DNA from: Deltaproteobacteria bacterium
GTDB lineage: Bacteria > Bdellovibrionota_B > Oligoflexia > Oligoflexales > CAIYRB01
DNA: 64,000 bases
Assembly: GCA_016874735.1 (NCBI GenBank)
Contig: VGTI01000001.1
Span: forward strand, 212,466 to 276,465
Direction of reading: 5' to 3'
Shown: one piece after another, positions 36,756-48,416 of the stretch
How positions within the stretch are numbered: the stretch's first letter is position 1
Layout: each line of letters begins with the position of its first letter
Position numbers and translations under genes: made by a program
The notes under the pieces: model-generated
Told to the model about the DNA's origin: nothing
Databases searched by the model: none
The model's input: the letters and a program-made list of their open reading frames with translations, nothing else

Positions 36756-37298
36756 ATGTATCCAGCACCTACAAAATGGATCTTTCGTGTGAGCAAAAAA
36801 AAATCAAAACACCAAAGCCAAAAACACGGGACAAACAAGTCTGGTGTCCGTCAATTGCCGACGGTGGAATTTGAGGATTTTGCTACGGCTGACCAAGTGT
36901 TTTTAGCTCACATTGAGAGTGGCGAGCTGATGCCACGCCGCGGCAAAGAAGCTGACGGTAAAAAAGTGAGCGCAACGGATGGACCAAAGACCGGTAAAGG
37001 CCCAGGTGACAAAACGATAGATCTGCACGGGCTCACTCTTGAGGCTGCATTTCGTCATCTGGATTACATGATCTCTGCCGTGCTGGGGCGCGCATCCGGT
37101 CCCGTGACGTTTAAGATAGTGACCGGTCGTGGCCTTCATAGCGGCCCCGGGGGCGGAGTCCTTGTGGTGGGCGTGCATCGGTATGTAACGGAACGCTACG
37201 GCCCTCGTATCGTAAGCATCGATAGTTCGCCGGCGGAGACGCAAATCTTGGGCTTCCCCTGGCGCGGTCATTTTCATGTAACTATACGCCATGGCTAA
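36756..37298 (+). CDS. Smr-domain protein
   Basis: C-terminal IDLHGLTLEAAFRHLDYMI...FKIVTGRGLHS matches the Smr/MutS2 C-terminal domain. The start is uncertain: the ORF track begins at 36672 and I chose the ATG at 36756. Confidence 0.7.
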   Translation: MYPAPTKWIFRVSKKKSKHQSQKHGTNKSGVRQLPTVEFEDFATADQVFLAHIESGELMPRRGKEADGKKVSATDGPKTGKGPGDKTIDLHGLTLEAAFRHLDYMISAVLGRASGPVTFKIVTGRGLHSGPGGGVLVVGVHRYVTERYGPRIVSIDSSPAETQILGFPWRGHFHVTIRHG

Positions 37299-37458
37299 GC
37301 AAAACGGCTGTGTCGGCGTAGCTGGTCAGGGTTGAGCTGCACAGTGACAATGGCAGTACTTGCAACTTGGCCAGAAAACTGGGAGAAAGCGGCGGCACTT
37401 GGGCCGGTCCGCTGAGCGTATCGGTCCCACATCCCATTGTATTGTAAGGATCTGGCGC

Positions 37459-38400
37459 ATGCATCCACAGCACACCTATGAACTCCGCGTTAACTTCGTC
37501 GGCGAAACTCCTGCTGCAGTGAAATGCAAGGAACGCATGATCGACTGGTTGCTACTTAATGGCGTCGAGTCCTTTGTCGAGGGTGAGCTTGCTGTCGACA
37601 TCAATCAGAACCAAGATGAGCCGCCACGGGACTACTACACCGAGCTCGGTGGGGATCAAACGCCGCTGTCTGTATACCGTTATAGCCGTGAATCGCTGGA
37701 TGACTTGCGTATCAAACTCGAGCATGCCTTTGGCGCGCAAATTGAAACGGCGCTCAACACCATGGAGACGGAGCTCTGGATGGAGGGGTGGAAGGAGAGC
37801 TTTCAGCCTTTCGCTACCGAAGTATTTTATGTGCGTCCCCCGTGGATCACGACACCAGCGCCGCGTCCTGGTCTTATCGATCTCGTGATCGAGCCCGGCA
37901 TGGCCTTCGGGACTGGACAGCACGCCACCACCAGGCTTTGCCTGGAGCAAGTGGGGGCTGATTTTCAGGAGCTGGGCACCAAGGTGGCTCAGCGCTCGGT
38001 ATTGGACGTCGGGTGCGGCACAGGCATTCTCCTGATTGGCGCTAAGAAATTGGGCTACGGTCGCTGCCTCGGCACCGATATCGAGGATGACGCCATACTG
38101 GCCTCTAAGACTAACGCCCAGGTAAACGGCGTAGCTACCGACTTTATGTTGGGGAGTCTTCCTGACGGTGAGACCTTTGATCTCGTATTGGCCAATATCC
38201 TTGCCGTCGTCATTATCAGACTAATGCCGCAGCTAGCGGCAGCAATTGCACCAGGTGGCAAGATTGTCTTCAGCGGATTACTCACCGAAGAGGCTGATGA
38301 GGTTATCGCTGCCGGGTGCCGCGTGGGCCTTGCCCCGGTCAGGCAGACTGACTTGGCGGGCTGGGGCTGCATTGTGATGTCTCAGCCTCAGCGTCGCTGA
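37459..38400 (+). CDS. prmA: Ribosomal protein L11 methyltransferase
   Basis: IEPGMAFGTGQHATTRLCLE, VLDVGCGTGILLIGAKKLG and LVLANIL. I prefer the in-frame ATG at 37459. Confidence 0.9.
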   Translation: MHPQHTYELRVNFVGETPAAVKCKERMIDWLLLNGVESFVEGELAVDINQNQDEPPRDYYTELGGDQTPLSVYRYSRESLDDLRIKLEHAFGAQIETALNTMETELWMEGWKESFQPFATEVFYVRPPWITTPAPRPGLIDLVIEPGMAFGTGQHATTRLCLEQVGADFQELGTKVAQRSVLDVGCGTGILLIGAKKLGYGRCLGTDIEDDAILASKTNAQVNGVATDFMLGSLPDGETFDLVLANILAVVIIRLMPQLAAAIAPGGKIVFSGLLTEEADEVIAAGCRVGLAPVRQTDLAGWGCIVMSQPQRR

Positions 38401-38413
38401 GGAGATTTTGGCG

Positions 38414-39148
38414 ATGTCGCATACCTATAGATTTTTAGGCAAGGCGCAGAGTGAGACCGAATGGGTGCTTACTGGGGACGAAGCACATCATTTTGCCAAA
38501 GTATTGCGTCTTGCCATAGATGAGATCGTGGAAGTCACCGATGGTGGCGGCCGGTGGATCAGTGGAACTGTGACGGCTGTGACCAGTCGCGAGGTAACGA
38601 TCCGGGTTTCGCAGTCTCATCAGGTGGCGCCACCGATTATCAGGCTAGAGCTGGCAGTAGGGGCGCTGCGTCACGGTACTGTTGATGAGATATTGCCCAT
38701 GCTCTGCGAGCTAGGGGTCGACCGTATCCATGTCTTTGGACAGTACGGTGTCGCAAAAAGTCGCCTAGGCCCCAAGGTTCATGAGCGTTGGCACCGCATC
38801 CTCGTCCAGTCAATTAAACAATGCAAGAGGCCTTGGCTCCCCTCTGTTGAGGAACATGAATCAGTCGACGCACTGCTGACTGCCACGGCAGGGTTAAATG
38901 GCGCAGATGTGGCCCGTTTCTATTTGGACCCGGCCGCCACATTGCTCATGCCTAAGGCCCTGCAAGCTTGTGGCACAAGCCACGTATTGGCCATCGTTGG
39001 CGGTGAAAAAGGCTTCGATCCCAGGGAAGAGGCCGCACTCAATGAGGCTCAGGTCACAGGAGTGCAGCTTGGCAGTAGCATTTTGCGCGCAGTGACTGCC
39101 GCAGTGGCGGCTGTCACCTGCCTAGAGTTACATCGCCGACAACTGTGA
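38414..39148 (+). CDS. rsmE: 16S rRNA (uracil1498-N3)-methyltransferase
   Basis: PUA-like N-terminus and SPOUT C-terminus (IVGGEKGFDPREE...LGSSILRAVTAAVAAV). GGAGA lies 8 nt before the ATG at 38414. Confidence 0.85.
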   Translation: MSHTYRFLGKAQSETEWVLTGDEAHHFAKVLRLAIDEIVEVTDGGGRWISGTVTAVTSREVTIRVSQSHQVAPPIIRLELAVGALRHGTVDEILPMLCELGVDRIHVFGQYGVAKSRLGPKVHERWHRILVQSIKQCKRPWLPSVEEHESVDALLTATAGLNGADVARFYLDPAATLLMPKALQACGTSHVLAIVGGEKGFDPREEAALNEAQVTGVQLGSSILRAVTAAVAAVTCLELHRRQL

Positions 39149-39197
39149 TACCATAGGCGCTAGTCATCTAGCACATTATGGTTGGAGCGTTGCACAC

Positions 39198-39788
39198 ATG
39201 GGTAATCAAGGGCGGCGACGGGGGTTTGCGTCGTGGTTTGTCGAGCCTTACAAGCAGGTGCGGCTTGGACTTGTGGTCCTTCTTGTGAATTTTGTCTTTG
39301 CAGTCCTGATATTTGGTGTCTTTGGCTACTACCTTTACGACGTTTATGAAGCGGTCTCAGTCTACTTCAAACTATCCGACGGCGAGAGCGTCGTGACGAT
39401 GAAGAAGTTTGCCGTACCGCTCATTAGCTGCGCTAGCTTAATCGTCCTGTTCGTACTCACGACGATACTGGTATCGGTACGATTCACACATCAGATCTAC
39501 GGACCACTGGTCTCCATTCATAGATATCTGGACGAGGTGCTTGCCGGTAGTGTGCCCCAGCCGATTCAGCTGCGCGAATCTGATCAACTTAAAGACTTAG
39601 CCGACAAGCTCAACAGCGTGGCCGAGCGTATGGCCGTAGATCAGCGCGCCGGCACCATGGTTGCGGTGTATCGCTTTCTCGATGAGCTGGGCGAGGGCAA
39701 AAAGCCGCACCCCATCAAGCTGCGCGACAATGACCGCATGACGGAGCTGGTCGAGAAGCTTAATAAGTTAGCTGCCAAGCTCGGCTGA
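39198..39788 (+). CDS. Two-TM membrane protein with a duplicated HAMP-like helical segment and no output domain
   Basis: VSIHRYLDEVLAGSVPQPIQLRESDQLKDLADKLNSVAERM is repeated as VAVYRFLDELGEGKKPHPIKLRDNDRMTELVEKLNKLAAKL. Confidence 0.6.
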   Translation: MGNQGRRRGFASWFVEPYKQVRLGLVVLLVNFVFAVLIFGVFGYYLYDVYEAVSVYFKLSDGESVVTMKKFAVPLISCASLIVLFVLTTILVSVRFTHQIYGPLVSIHRYLDEVLAGSVPQPIQLRESDQLKDLADKLNSVAERMAVDQRAGTMVAVYRFLDELGEGKKPHPIKLRDNDRMTELVEKLNKLAAKLG

Positions 39789-39796
39789 ATCTGTCG

Positions 39797-40729
39797 TTAG
39801 CCTTGCGTCAGCGTGGCGATGTGGACGGCGACGGACTCCGCAAGTGCATCGATATTATAGCCGCCTTCAAGACAGCTAACGATGCGTCCACCGCCGTGGA
39901 CTTTTGCAGCATCCATGACCTTCCGCGTTAGGACGGCAAAGTCCTCACTCGCGAGTCCGAGATTCCCGACAGGGTCATCCATGTGGGCATCAAAGCCGGC
40001 GCTAATGATCACAAGATCAGGCTTAGCGGCGGCGATGGCCTTCTCGAGCCCACGACTAAACAGTTCTAAGTATTCGGAACGGGCAGTGCCAAAACTTACG
40101 GGCACATTAAGCGTCGTGCCGAGTCCTTTGCCGGTACCGGTTTCACTGCTGTCACCAGTACCTGGATAAAATGGGTAGCGGTGGATACTATAAAAATAGA
40201 CCGAAGGATCTTCATAAAAGATGTCCTGCGTGCCGTTGCCATGATGGACATCCCAATCGACGATGAGAACGCGATGCGCGCCGTGTTTAGCCTGAGCGTG
40301 TCTAGCAGCGAGGGCGACGTTATTAAACAGGCAAAAGCCCATACTCGTGGCGGCCGTTGCGTGGTGTCCTGGAGGACGCATCAAGCATACGGCGTGCTTA
40401 TCCTGTCCGGACATGACGACATCCACAGCTGCCGTGGCTGTACCGGCGGCCATGAGCGCGACGTCGAATGAATCAGGTGACACCACCGTATCAGCATCGA
40501 GTTTGCCCCCGCCTTTGGCGGCGAGCGTTCTAGCTGCTTGAATCTGCTCAGGGCTATGCACGGTGGCAAGCTGCTCTAAACTAATATTTGCCACGTTGCC
40601 GCGGCGGCACTTCTCAAGCCAGCCACCGGTCTCGAGCTCTTTGTCGATACTGACGAGTCGATGAGCGCTCTCAGGGTGTTGGCCAGTGTTGTGGTCACGA
40701 AACCGATGATGAGTAAATAACGTCGTCAT
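39797..40729 (-). CDS. Histone-deacetylase-family amidohydrolase (AcuC / acetylpolyamine amidohydrolase-like)
   Basis: RPPGHHA, DWDVHHGNGTQ, SAGFDAH and LEGGYN. The start overlaps the thiDE stop (ATGA). Confidence 0.9.
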   Translation of the reverse strand: MTTLFTHHRFRDHNTGQHPESAHRLVSIDKELETGGWLEKCRRGNVANISLEQLATVHSPEQIQAARTLAAKGGGKLDADTVVSPDSFDVALMAAGTATAAVDVVMSGQDKHAVCLMRPPGHHATAATSMGFCLFNNVALAARHAQAKHGAHRVLIVDWDVHHGNGTQDIFYEDPSVYFYSIHRYPFYPGTGDSSETGTGKGLGTTLNVPVSFGTARSEYLELFSRGLEKAIAAAKPDLVIISAGFDAHMDDPVGNLGLASEDFAVLTRKVMDAAKVHGGGRIVSCLEGGYNIDALAESVAVHIATLTQG

Positions 40730-42231
40730 ATTGAGCTTAGCTCCGCGTGAGATTTAAGCGACTTCCGTTGACCCGCAGCCTCGAGCCATTGATATGCTCG
40801 CTCGTCTGGGTTGGAAGCATGGACTACGTCTGCGATGACGGCCACACCTGAGGCACCTAGCCTCATTGCCTCTCGTACGTGTTCAGCCTTGAGTCCACCG
40901 ATGGCTACCAAGGGTTGTTCAAACATAGAACGCCAAGTTTTGATTTTACCCAGGCCGTGCGGTCCAAAACGCAGTGATTTGCATGTCGTAGGAAATATCG
41001 GTCCCAGAGCGATATAAGATGGATTTACACCTTTGGCTACGGCTGCTTCACTAAGGCTGTGCGTGCTAATACCTAGTCGCAGACCCGCACTGGCAATCGC
41101 AGCTAGATCAGCCGTCCCTAGGTCCTCCTGACCGAGATGAACACCGTAAGCCTTAAGTTCTATGGCCTCACGCCAATGATCGTTAATAAATAATCTGACA
41201 TTGCGGACGCGGCAATAGTCGACGGCCTGTTTGATCTGCTGTATGAGCGCGGACCCCTCAAGATCCTTGATGCGTAGCTGTATGGTTGATGTGCCGCAGT
41301 CAACCAGTCGTTTCACCCAAGAAAACGTATCGACCACCGGGTAAAATCCAAGCGGTTCCGGACCACAGGGTGGAAAGCTCAACGGTCTAGCAAGTGGAAG
41401 AGTCTCGGACCTTGACGGTAGATCGCTAGGGTCCACATCGGTAGTTCCTAAACCAAGGAGACGTACGCCGGTCTCTGTATCGATAGCGGACCGCATCTTG
41501 CGATTTACATAAATACGTGCAGCAACTAGAGCGTCGTGAATCTCACAGCCCTCAGCAATGCGCGCGGTAACTGCCGATGCTAGGGCACAGCCGGTGCCAC
41601 GCGCGCCATGCGGTAGACGATCGGTGGTGAGCCAATATTGACTCGCTGTATCGGCGTAGTAATCATGACACAAGGCGCTCGCGAGATGGCCGCCTTTGAT
41701 AAGGACCCGGCGCGCGCCCAGGGCTAGTAGCTTTGCGGCAATTGCCGGTAAGTCTTCGGGGCCATTAATCTGACTACCGGTGAGTGAGACTGCTTCATCA
41801 ACGTTTGGTGTTAGTAAATCAACACGAGGCAAAAGCTTGGTCTTCATCGCCGTTATGTTGTCGTCGTCGCTTAGTGCACCACCACTAGTGGCTTTGACGA
41901 GAGGATCGAGTATGACAAACGTACGATCTACAGAGCGATCTTTGGTGATGTACTCAGCCACCTTGGAAACATTTGCTGCGGAGCCTAGCATTCCTATTTT
42001 GATGGCCGCTGGTTTGGGCATGGTTGGACTAGCCAGCGACTGCAGCTGAGCTTCAACGATAGCCGGATCGACCATGTGAGCATCGGACCACTGGGTAAAG
42101 TTTTGAGCCGTCGTCGCCGTCACGACCGTACAGGCATGAACGCCGTGCTCAGAGACGGTGATGAGATCCCGCTGGCAACCCGCCGCCCCACTCGGATCAG
42201 AACCGGCAATGATCCAGACTAGTTTCATCAC
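40726..42231 (-). CDS. thiDE: Fused hydroxymethylpyrimidine/phosphomethylpyrimidine kinase and thiamine-phosphate synthase
   Basis: N-terminal half IAGSDPSGAAGCQRDL...TAQN (ThiD). C-terminal half LGFYPVVD...LRIKDL...HLGQEDL...IALGPIFPT (ThiE). Confidence 0.9.
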   Translation of the reverse strand: MMKLVWIIAGSDPSGAAGCQRDLITVSEHGVHACTVVTATTAQNFTQWSDAHMVDPAIVEAQLQSLASPTMPKPAAIKIGMLGSAANVSKVAEYITKDRSVDRTFVILDPLVKATSGGALSDDDNITAMKTKLLPRVDLLTPNVDEAVSLTGSQINGPEDLPAIAAKLLALGARRVLIKGGHLASALCHDYYADTASQYWLTTDRLPHGARGTGCALASAVTARIAEGCEIHDALVAARIYVNRKMRSAIDTETGVRLLGLGTTDVDPSDLPSRSETLPLARPLSFPPCGPEPLGFYPVVDTFSWVKRLVDCGTSTIQLRIKDLEGSALIQQIKQAVDYCRVRNVRLFINDHWREAIELKAYGVHLGQEDLGTADLAAIASAGLRLGISTHSLSEAAVAKGVNPSYIALGPIFPTTCKSLRFGPHGLGKIKTWRSMFEQPLVAIGGLKAEHVREAMRLGASGVAVIADVVHASNPDERAYQWLEAAGQRKSLKSHAELSSI

Positions 42232-42243
42232 GAGTTACCTCAC

Positions 42244-43062
42244 TTACCTCAGGGTTGATGACGACGGGACAGACGCTTGGGTATCATCGCCGCCAGTAAA
42301 CGCACGTCCCAGCACTGGGGTCGAGGGCACGGCAAATTCACGTGGCGCTATCATGCCGGCTTGGTAAGCGAGGCGCCCCGCGGTCACGGCATGAGCAAAG
42401 GCGCTTGCCATTTTTGCTGGCTCGTCGGCCATGGCGACTGCGGTATTTAAGAGCACGGCATCACAGCCTAGCTCTAAAGCCTGAGTCGCGTCGGAGGGCT
42501 TGCCGAGCCCAGCGTCGATAATCAGCGGTATATCGGGAAACCGCGCGCGTAGTGTCTTGATGGCACGCGGATTCGTCAGCCCCAATCCTGAGCCTATCGG
42601 TGAGGCCCACGGCATGAGGACGCGGCATCCGACATCAACGAGCCTCTGAGCCAAAATCAGGTCATCCGTAGTGTAGGGAAACACCTCGAATCCCTCGCGA
42701 CAAAGGATGGTAGCAGCCTCCACCAAACCGAATGGATCAGGCTGCAAGGTGTAATCATCGCCGATCACCTCGAGCTTAATCCAATTGGTGTCGAAGAGAT
42801 CACGCGCCATATGGGCTGTCGTTACAGCTTCTTGCACCTGATAACAACCCGCGGTATTAGGAAGGATCCGCACGGGTAGCTCGCGCAGATAACTCCAGAA
42901 TTTTTGGCCGCTCTGCTTATCGGCACTTTCACGACGCAGCGATACAGTGATGATCTCGCAGCCTGATGCCGTGATAGCTTGCTGCAAACTTTGTGCTGAT
43001 GGATATCGCGAGGTACCCAAAAGTAGGCGGCTGTTTAGTTTTGTATCGCCGATGTGCCACAT
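42244..43062 (-). CDS. thiG: Thiazole synthase
   Basis: [38 protein letters not shown] and IIDAGLG. Confidence 0.95.
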   Translation of the reverse strand: MWHIGDTKLNSRLLLGTSRYPSAQSLQQAITASGCEIITVSLRRESADKQSGQKFWSYLRELPVRILPNTAGCYQVQEAVTTAHMARDLFDTNWIKLEVIGDDYTLQPDPFGLVEAATILCREGFEVFPYTTDDLILAQRLVDVGCRVLMPWASPIGSGLGLTNPRAIKTLRARFPDIPLIIDAGLGKPSDATQALELGCDAVLLNTAVAMADEPAKMASAFAHAVTAGRLAYQAGMIAPREFAVPSTPVLGRAFTGGDDTQASVPSSSTLR

Positions 43063-43078
43063 GTGCCACTTACCTCAC

Positions 43079-43269
43079 TTAGCCACCTGCCATAGGGGCT
43101 AGAATTTCAATGTCGTCGCCAGCATTTACGGGATGCGCGCCAAATTCGGATCGTTTGACGCAGGTCTTGTTGATGGCGACTGCGACAAAGTTTTGTTGGT
43201 ATCCTAGTTGCGCGAGTAAGTGGTCGACGTTATCGACAGTGTCTATCTGACATGTGTTGCCGTTAATTC

Positions 43270-43279
<10 letters not shown>
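43079..43279 (-). CDS. thiS: Sulfur-carrier protein ThiS
   Basis: About 66 aa ending ...EILAPMAGG (C-terminal GG). I prefer the start at MELRING; the ORF track gives 43297. Confidence 0.85.
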
Positions 43280-46340
<3,061 letters not shown>

Positions 46341-46385
46341 GACGCATCAAGTCAGACCATTCTCGGCAAAAGCTGGGACCCAAAT

Positions 46386-47669
46386 ATGATCCTTTGGCTT
46401 TTTGTGAGCCTGCGTTTAGGCCAGATGGCTGTAGAGCGTTTTTTGTCGACGCTCAATCGCAGCTATTACAGTTCTGCTGAGCGGCAGCGTCTAGCCAGTC
46501 AAATGCTCGGTATCAGCGATGCCGCGATGCAGAAGAGTCTGGCTTACAGCAACGATAAGTTTATATTCGCCCGGGTTGCAGGGACGTTATCACTAGCCTG
46601 CACGCTGGCATTTCTCATCGTCGGCGGTCTCGGTGTCCTTGAAAATTTGGCGCAAAAGGGGAGTCAGCTCACGTTTCCATCTGAGTTGGTGACCGGGCTC
46701 TACTTTTTCGGCCTGTTAGGCCTTTTAAGTAGCGTCTTTAGTCTGCCATTTGATTATTACCGAACTTTTGTCCTGGAGCAGAAGCACGGCTTTAACCGCC
46801 AGACGCCACGAGGATTCTGGGTCGACAGGCTGAAGGGTCTCATATTAGCGGTCGCTTTAGGTGCGCCAATTTTAAGTTTATTGCTGTGGCTCATCCAGGC
46901 GGCCGGCACCTGGTGGTGGCTCTATGCATGGGTGGCTTTGAGCGCCTTTAGTGTCCTGACCGCATGGCTTTACCCTACCTTTTTGGCGCCGTTATTTAAC
47001 AAGTTCACGCCAGTCACGGATGAGGGACTTAAACAAGGTATCGAGACACTCGCCGCTAAGGTTGGATTCCGCACGGCGGGTATCTCGATCATGGATGCGT
47101 CGCAGCGGTCTAGTCACGGTAATGCTTATTTTACGGGTGTTTTTGGTAAAAAGCGGATCGTACTGTTCGACACGCTGGTCCAGGCCATGGCCCCGCATCA
47201 GGTGGTAGCGGTCTTGGCGCATGAGCTAGGTCACTTCAAGTTGCATCATGTGAGATGGTCCCTGATCCGAGGCGTCCTAGCGACGGGGCTCATCTTTTAC
47301 CTGCTCAGCCTATGCCTACCGATGACCATCTTTTACCAGAGCTTTGGTCTCAGTGGGGTATCCGCCCACGGTGCTCTCGTGGTGTTTTCGCTATGGTTTG
47401 GGCTACTTGATTTCGCCCTTCAGCCTATCGGCAACGCGATCTCGAGACGCAACGAGTTTGCGGCTGACCGCTTTGCCACGGAGCATACCGGCAGCGCTCA
47501 TGAGCTAGGCAGTGCCCTCCTCAAGCTGCGTGAGACTAGTGCCGGAATGCCGCTCAGCCACCCACTGTTCTCGGCCTTTTACCATTCTCATCCTCCTCTG
47601 CTCGAACGCTTGACGGCTTTGGGTTATACTCGAGATGAGGCGCAACCGATGGTGGTGCATCCATCGTGA
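46386..47669 (+). CDS. M48-family (Ste24/HtpX-like) integral-membrane zinc metalloprotease
   Basis: Multiple TM helices, HELGHFKLHH (HExxH) and a downstream NEFAADRFA glutamate motif. I prefer the ATG at 46386. Confidence 0.85.
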   Translation: MILWLFVSLRLGQMAVERFLSTLNRSYYSSAERQRLASQMLGISDAAMQKSLAYSNDKFIFARVAGTLSLACTLAFLIVGGLGVLENLAQKGSQLTFPSELVTGLYFFGLLGLLSSVFSLPFDYYRTFVLEQKHGFNRQTPRGFWVDRLKGLILAVALGAPILSLLLWLIQAAGTWWWLYAWVALSAFSVLTAWLYPTFLAPLFNKFTPVTDEGLKQGIETLAAKVGFRTAGISIMDASQRSSHGNAYFTGVFGKKRIVLFDTLVQAMAPHQVVAVLAHELGHFKLHHVRWSLIRGVLATGLIFYLLSLCLPMTIFYQSFGLSGVSAHGALVVFSLWFGLLDFALQPIGNAISRRNEFAADRFATEHTGSAHELGSALLKLRETSAGMPLSHPLFSAFYHSHPPLLERLTALGYTRDEAQPMVVHPS

Positions 47670-47710
47670 CGCTCATGCACCATGCTACTCAGTTACCGGT
47701 GGTTAGACCG

Positions 47711-48382
47711 ATGACCAAGTTGACGAGAACGCAAGAAAAAGCGCTGGATTTCATCCGTGCCGCGAGTGCCAAGACCGGCGTCTCGCCGACGTTGCGCGAG
47801 ATCTGTGCGCATATGGGTTATAAGGCCATAGGCTCGGCTCAGGATCTGGTGATGGCACTGCGGCGTAAGGGATTTTTGGAGGAGAATGAGCGCCAGTCGG
47901 CACGTGCTCTGGTGCTCACGGCCATGGCTCGCCAGCAGATGGCTGGCGAGGATGCGCTCGAGGAGACTTCCGATGCGCTAGCCGTGCCGCTACTGGGCAA
48001 GGTCCCAGCCGGTAATCCCGTGCTAGCTGTCGAGGAGCGCATTGGCAACCTGAGAGTCTCGCTCTCTCTCGTGTCGGCCAGCTCACGGCAGTCGCTCAAG
48101 GCGCAGAATTTGTTTGCGCTGCAAGCCACCGGCGACAGTATGGTGGGTGCAGGCATCTTGGACGGCGATTTTCTGGTGGTCAAAGTTAACAACGATCCCA
48201 AAAAGGGTAGTATCGTCGTCGCGCGTCTAGACGGCGACGTGACAGTCAAGCGCCTCATGCACGAGGACAAATCTGGCTGGTTTTTGAAACCAGAGAATCC
48301 TCGCTTCCAGAATATCTACGCCAGCCAAGATGCTTTTGAGGTGATCGGCGAGGTTGTGGCCTTGCAGCGCGCGCTATCCTGA
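47711..48382 (+). CDS. lexA: LexA repressor
   Basis: LTRTQEKALDFI... winged helix. Cleavage region LLGKVPAGNP. Ser in ATGDSM and Lys in VTVKRL. An alternative GTG at 47666 overlaps the M48 stop. Confidence 0.9.
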   Translation: MTKLTRTQEKALDFIRAASAKTGVSPTLREICAHMGYKAIGSAQDLVMALRRKGFLEENERQSARALVLTAMARQQMAGEDALEETSDALAVPLLGKVPAGNPVLAVEERIGNLRVSLSLVSASSRQSLKAQNLFALQATGDSMVGAGILDGDFLVVKVNNDPKKGSIVVARLDGDVTVKRLMHEDKSGWFLKPENPRFQNIYASQDAFEVIGEVVALQRALS

Positions 48383-48416
48383 TCTGCGCCATTACGATCT
48401 GCGCCATTACGATCTG
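48381..48416. repeat. 15-bp tandem duplication in the lexA / acyltransferase convergent spacer
   Basis: GATCTGCGCCATTAC occurs twice, then GATCTG. The acyltransferase stop codon lies in the second copy. Confidence 0.7.

Noticed and set aside
47670-47710. A search for a LexA (SOS) box directly upstream of lexA.
   Set aside because: Only TTACCGGTGGTTA is present, and it is not a palindrome of the CTGT-N8-ACAG or TTAC-N3-GTAA types. I do not call a binding site.
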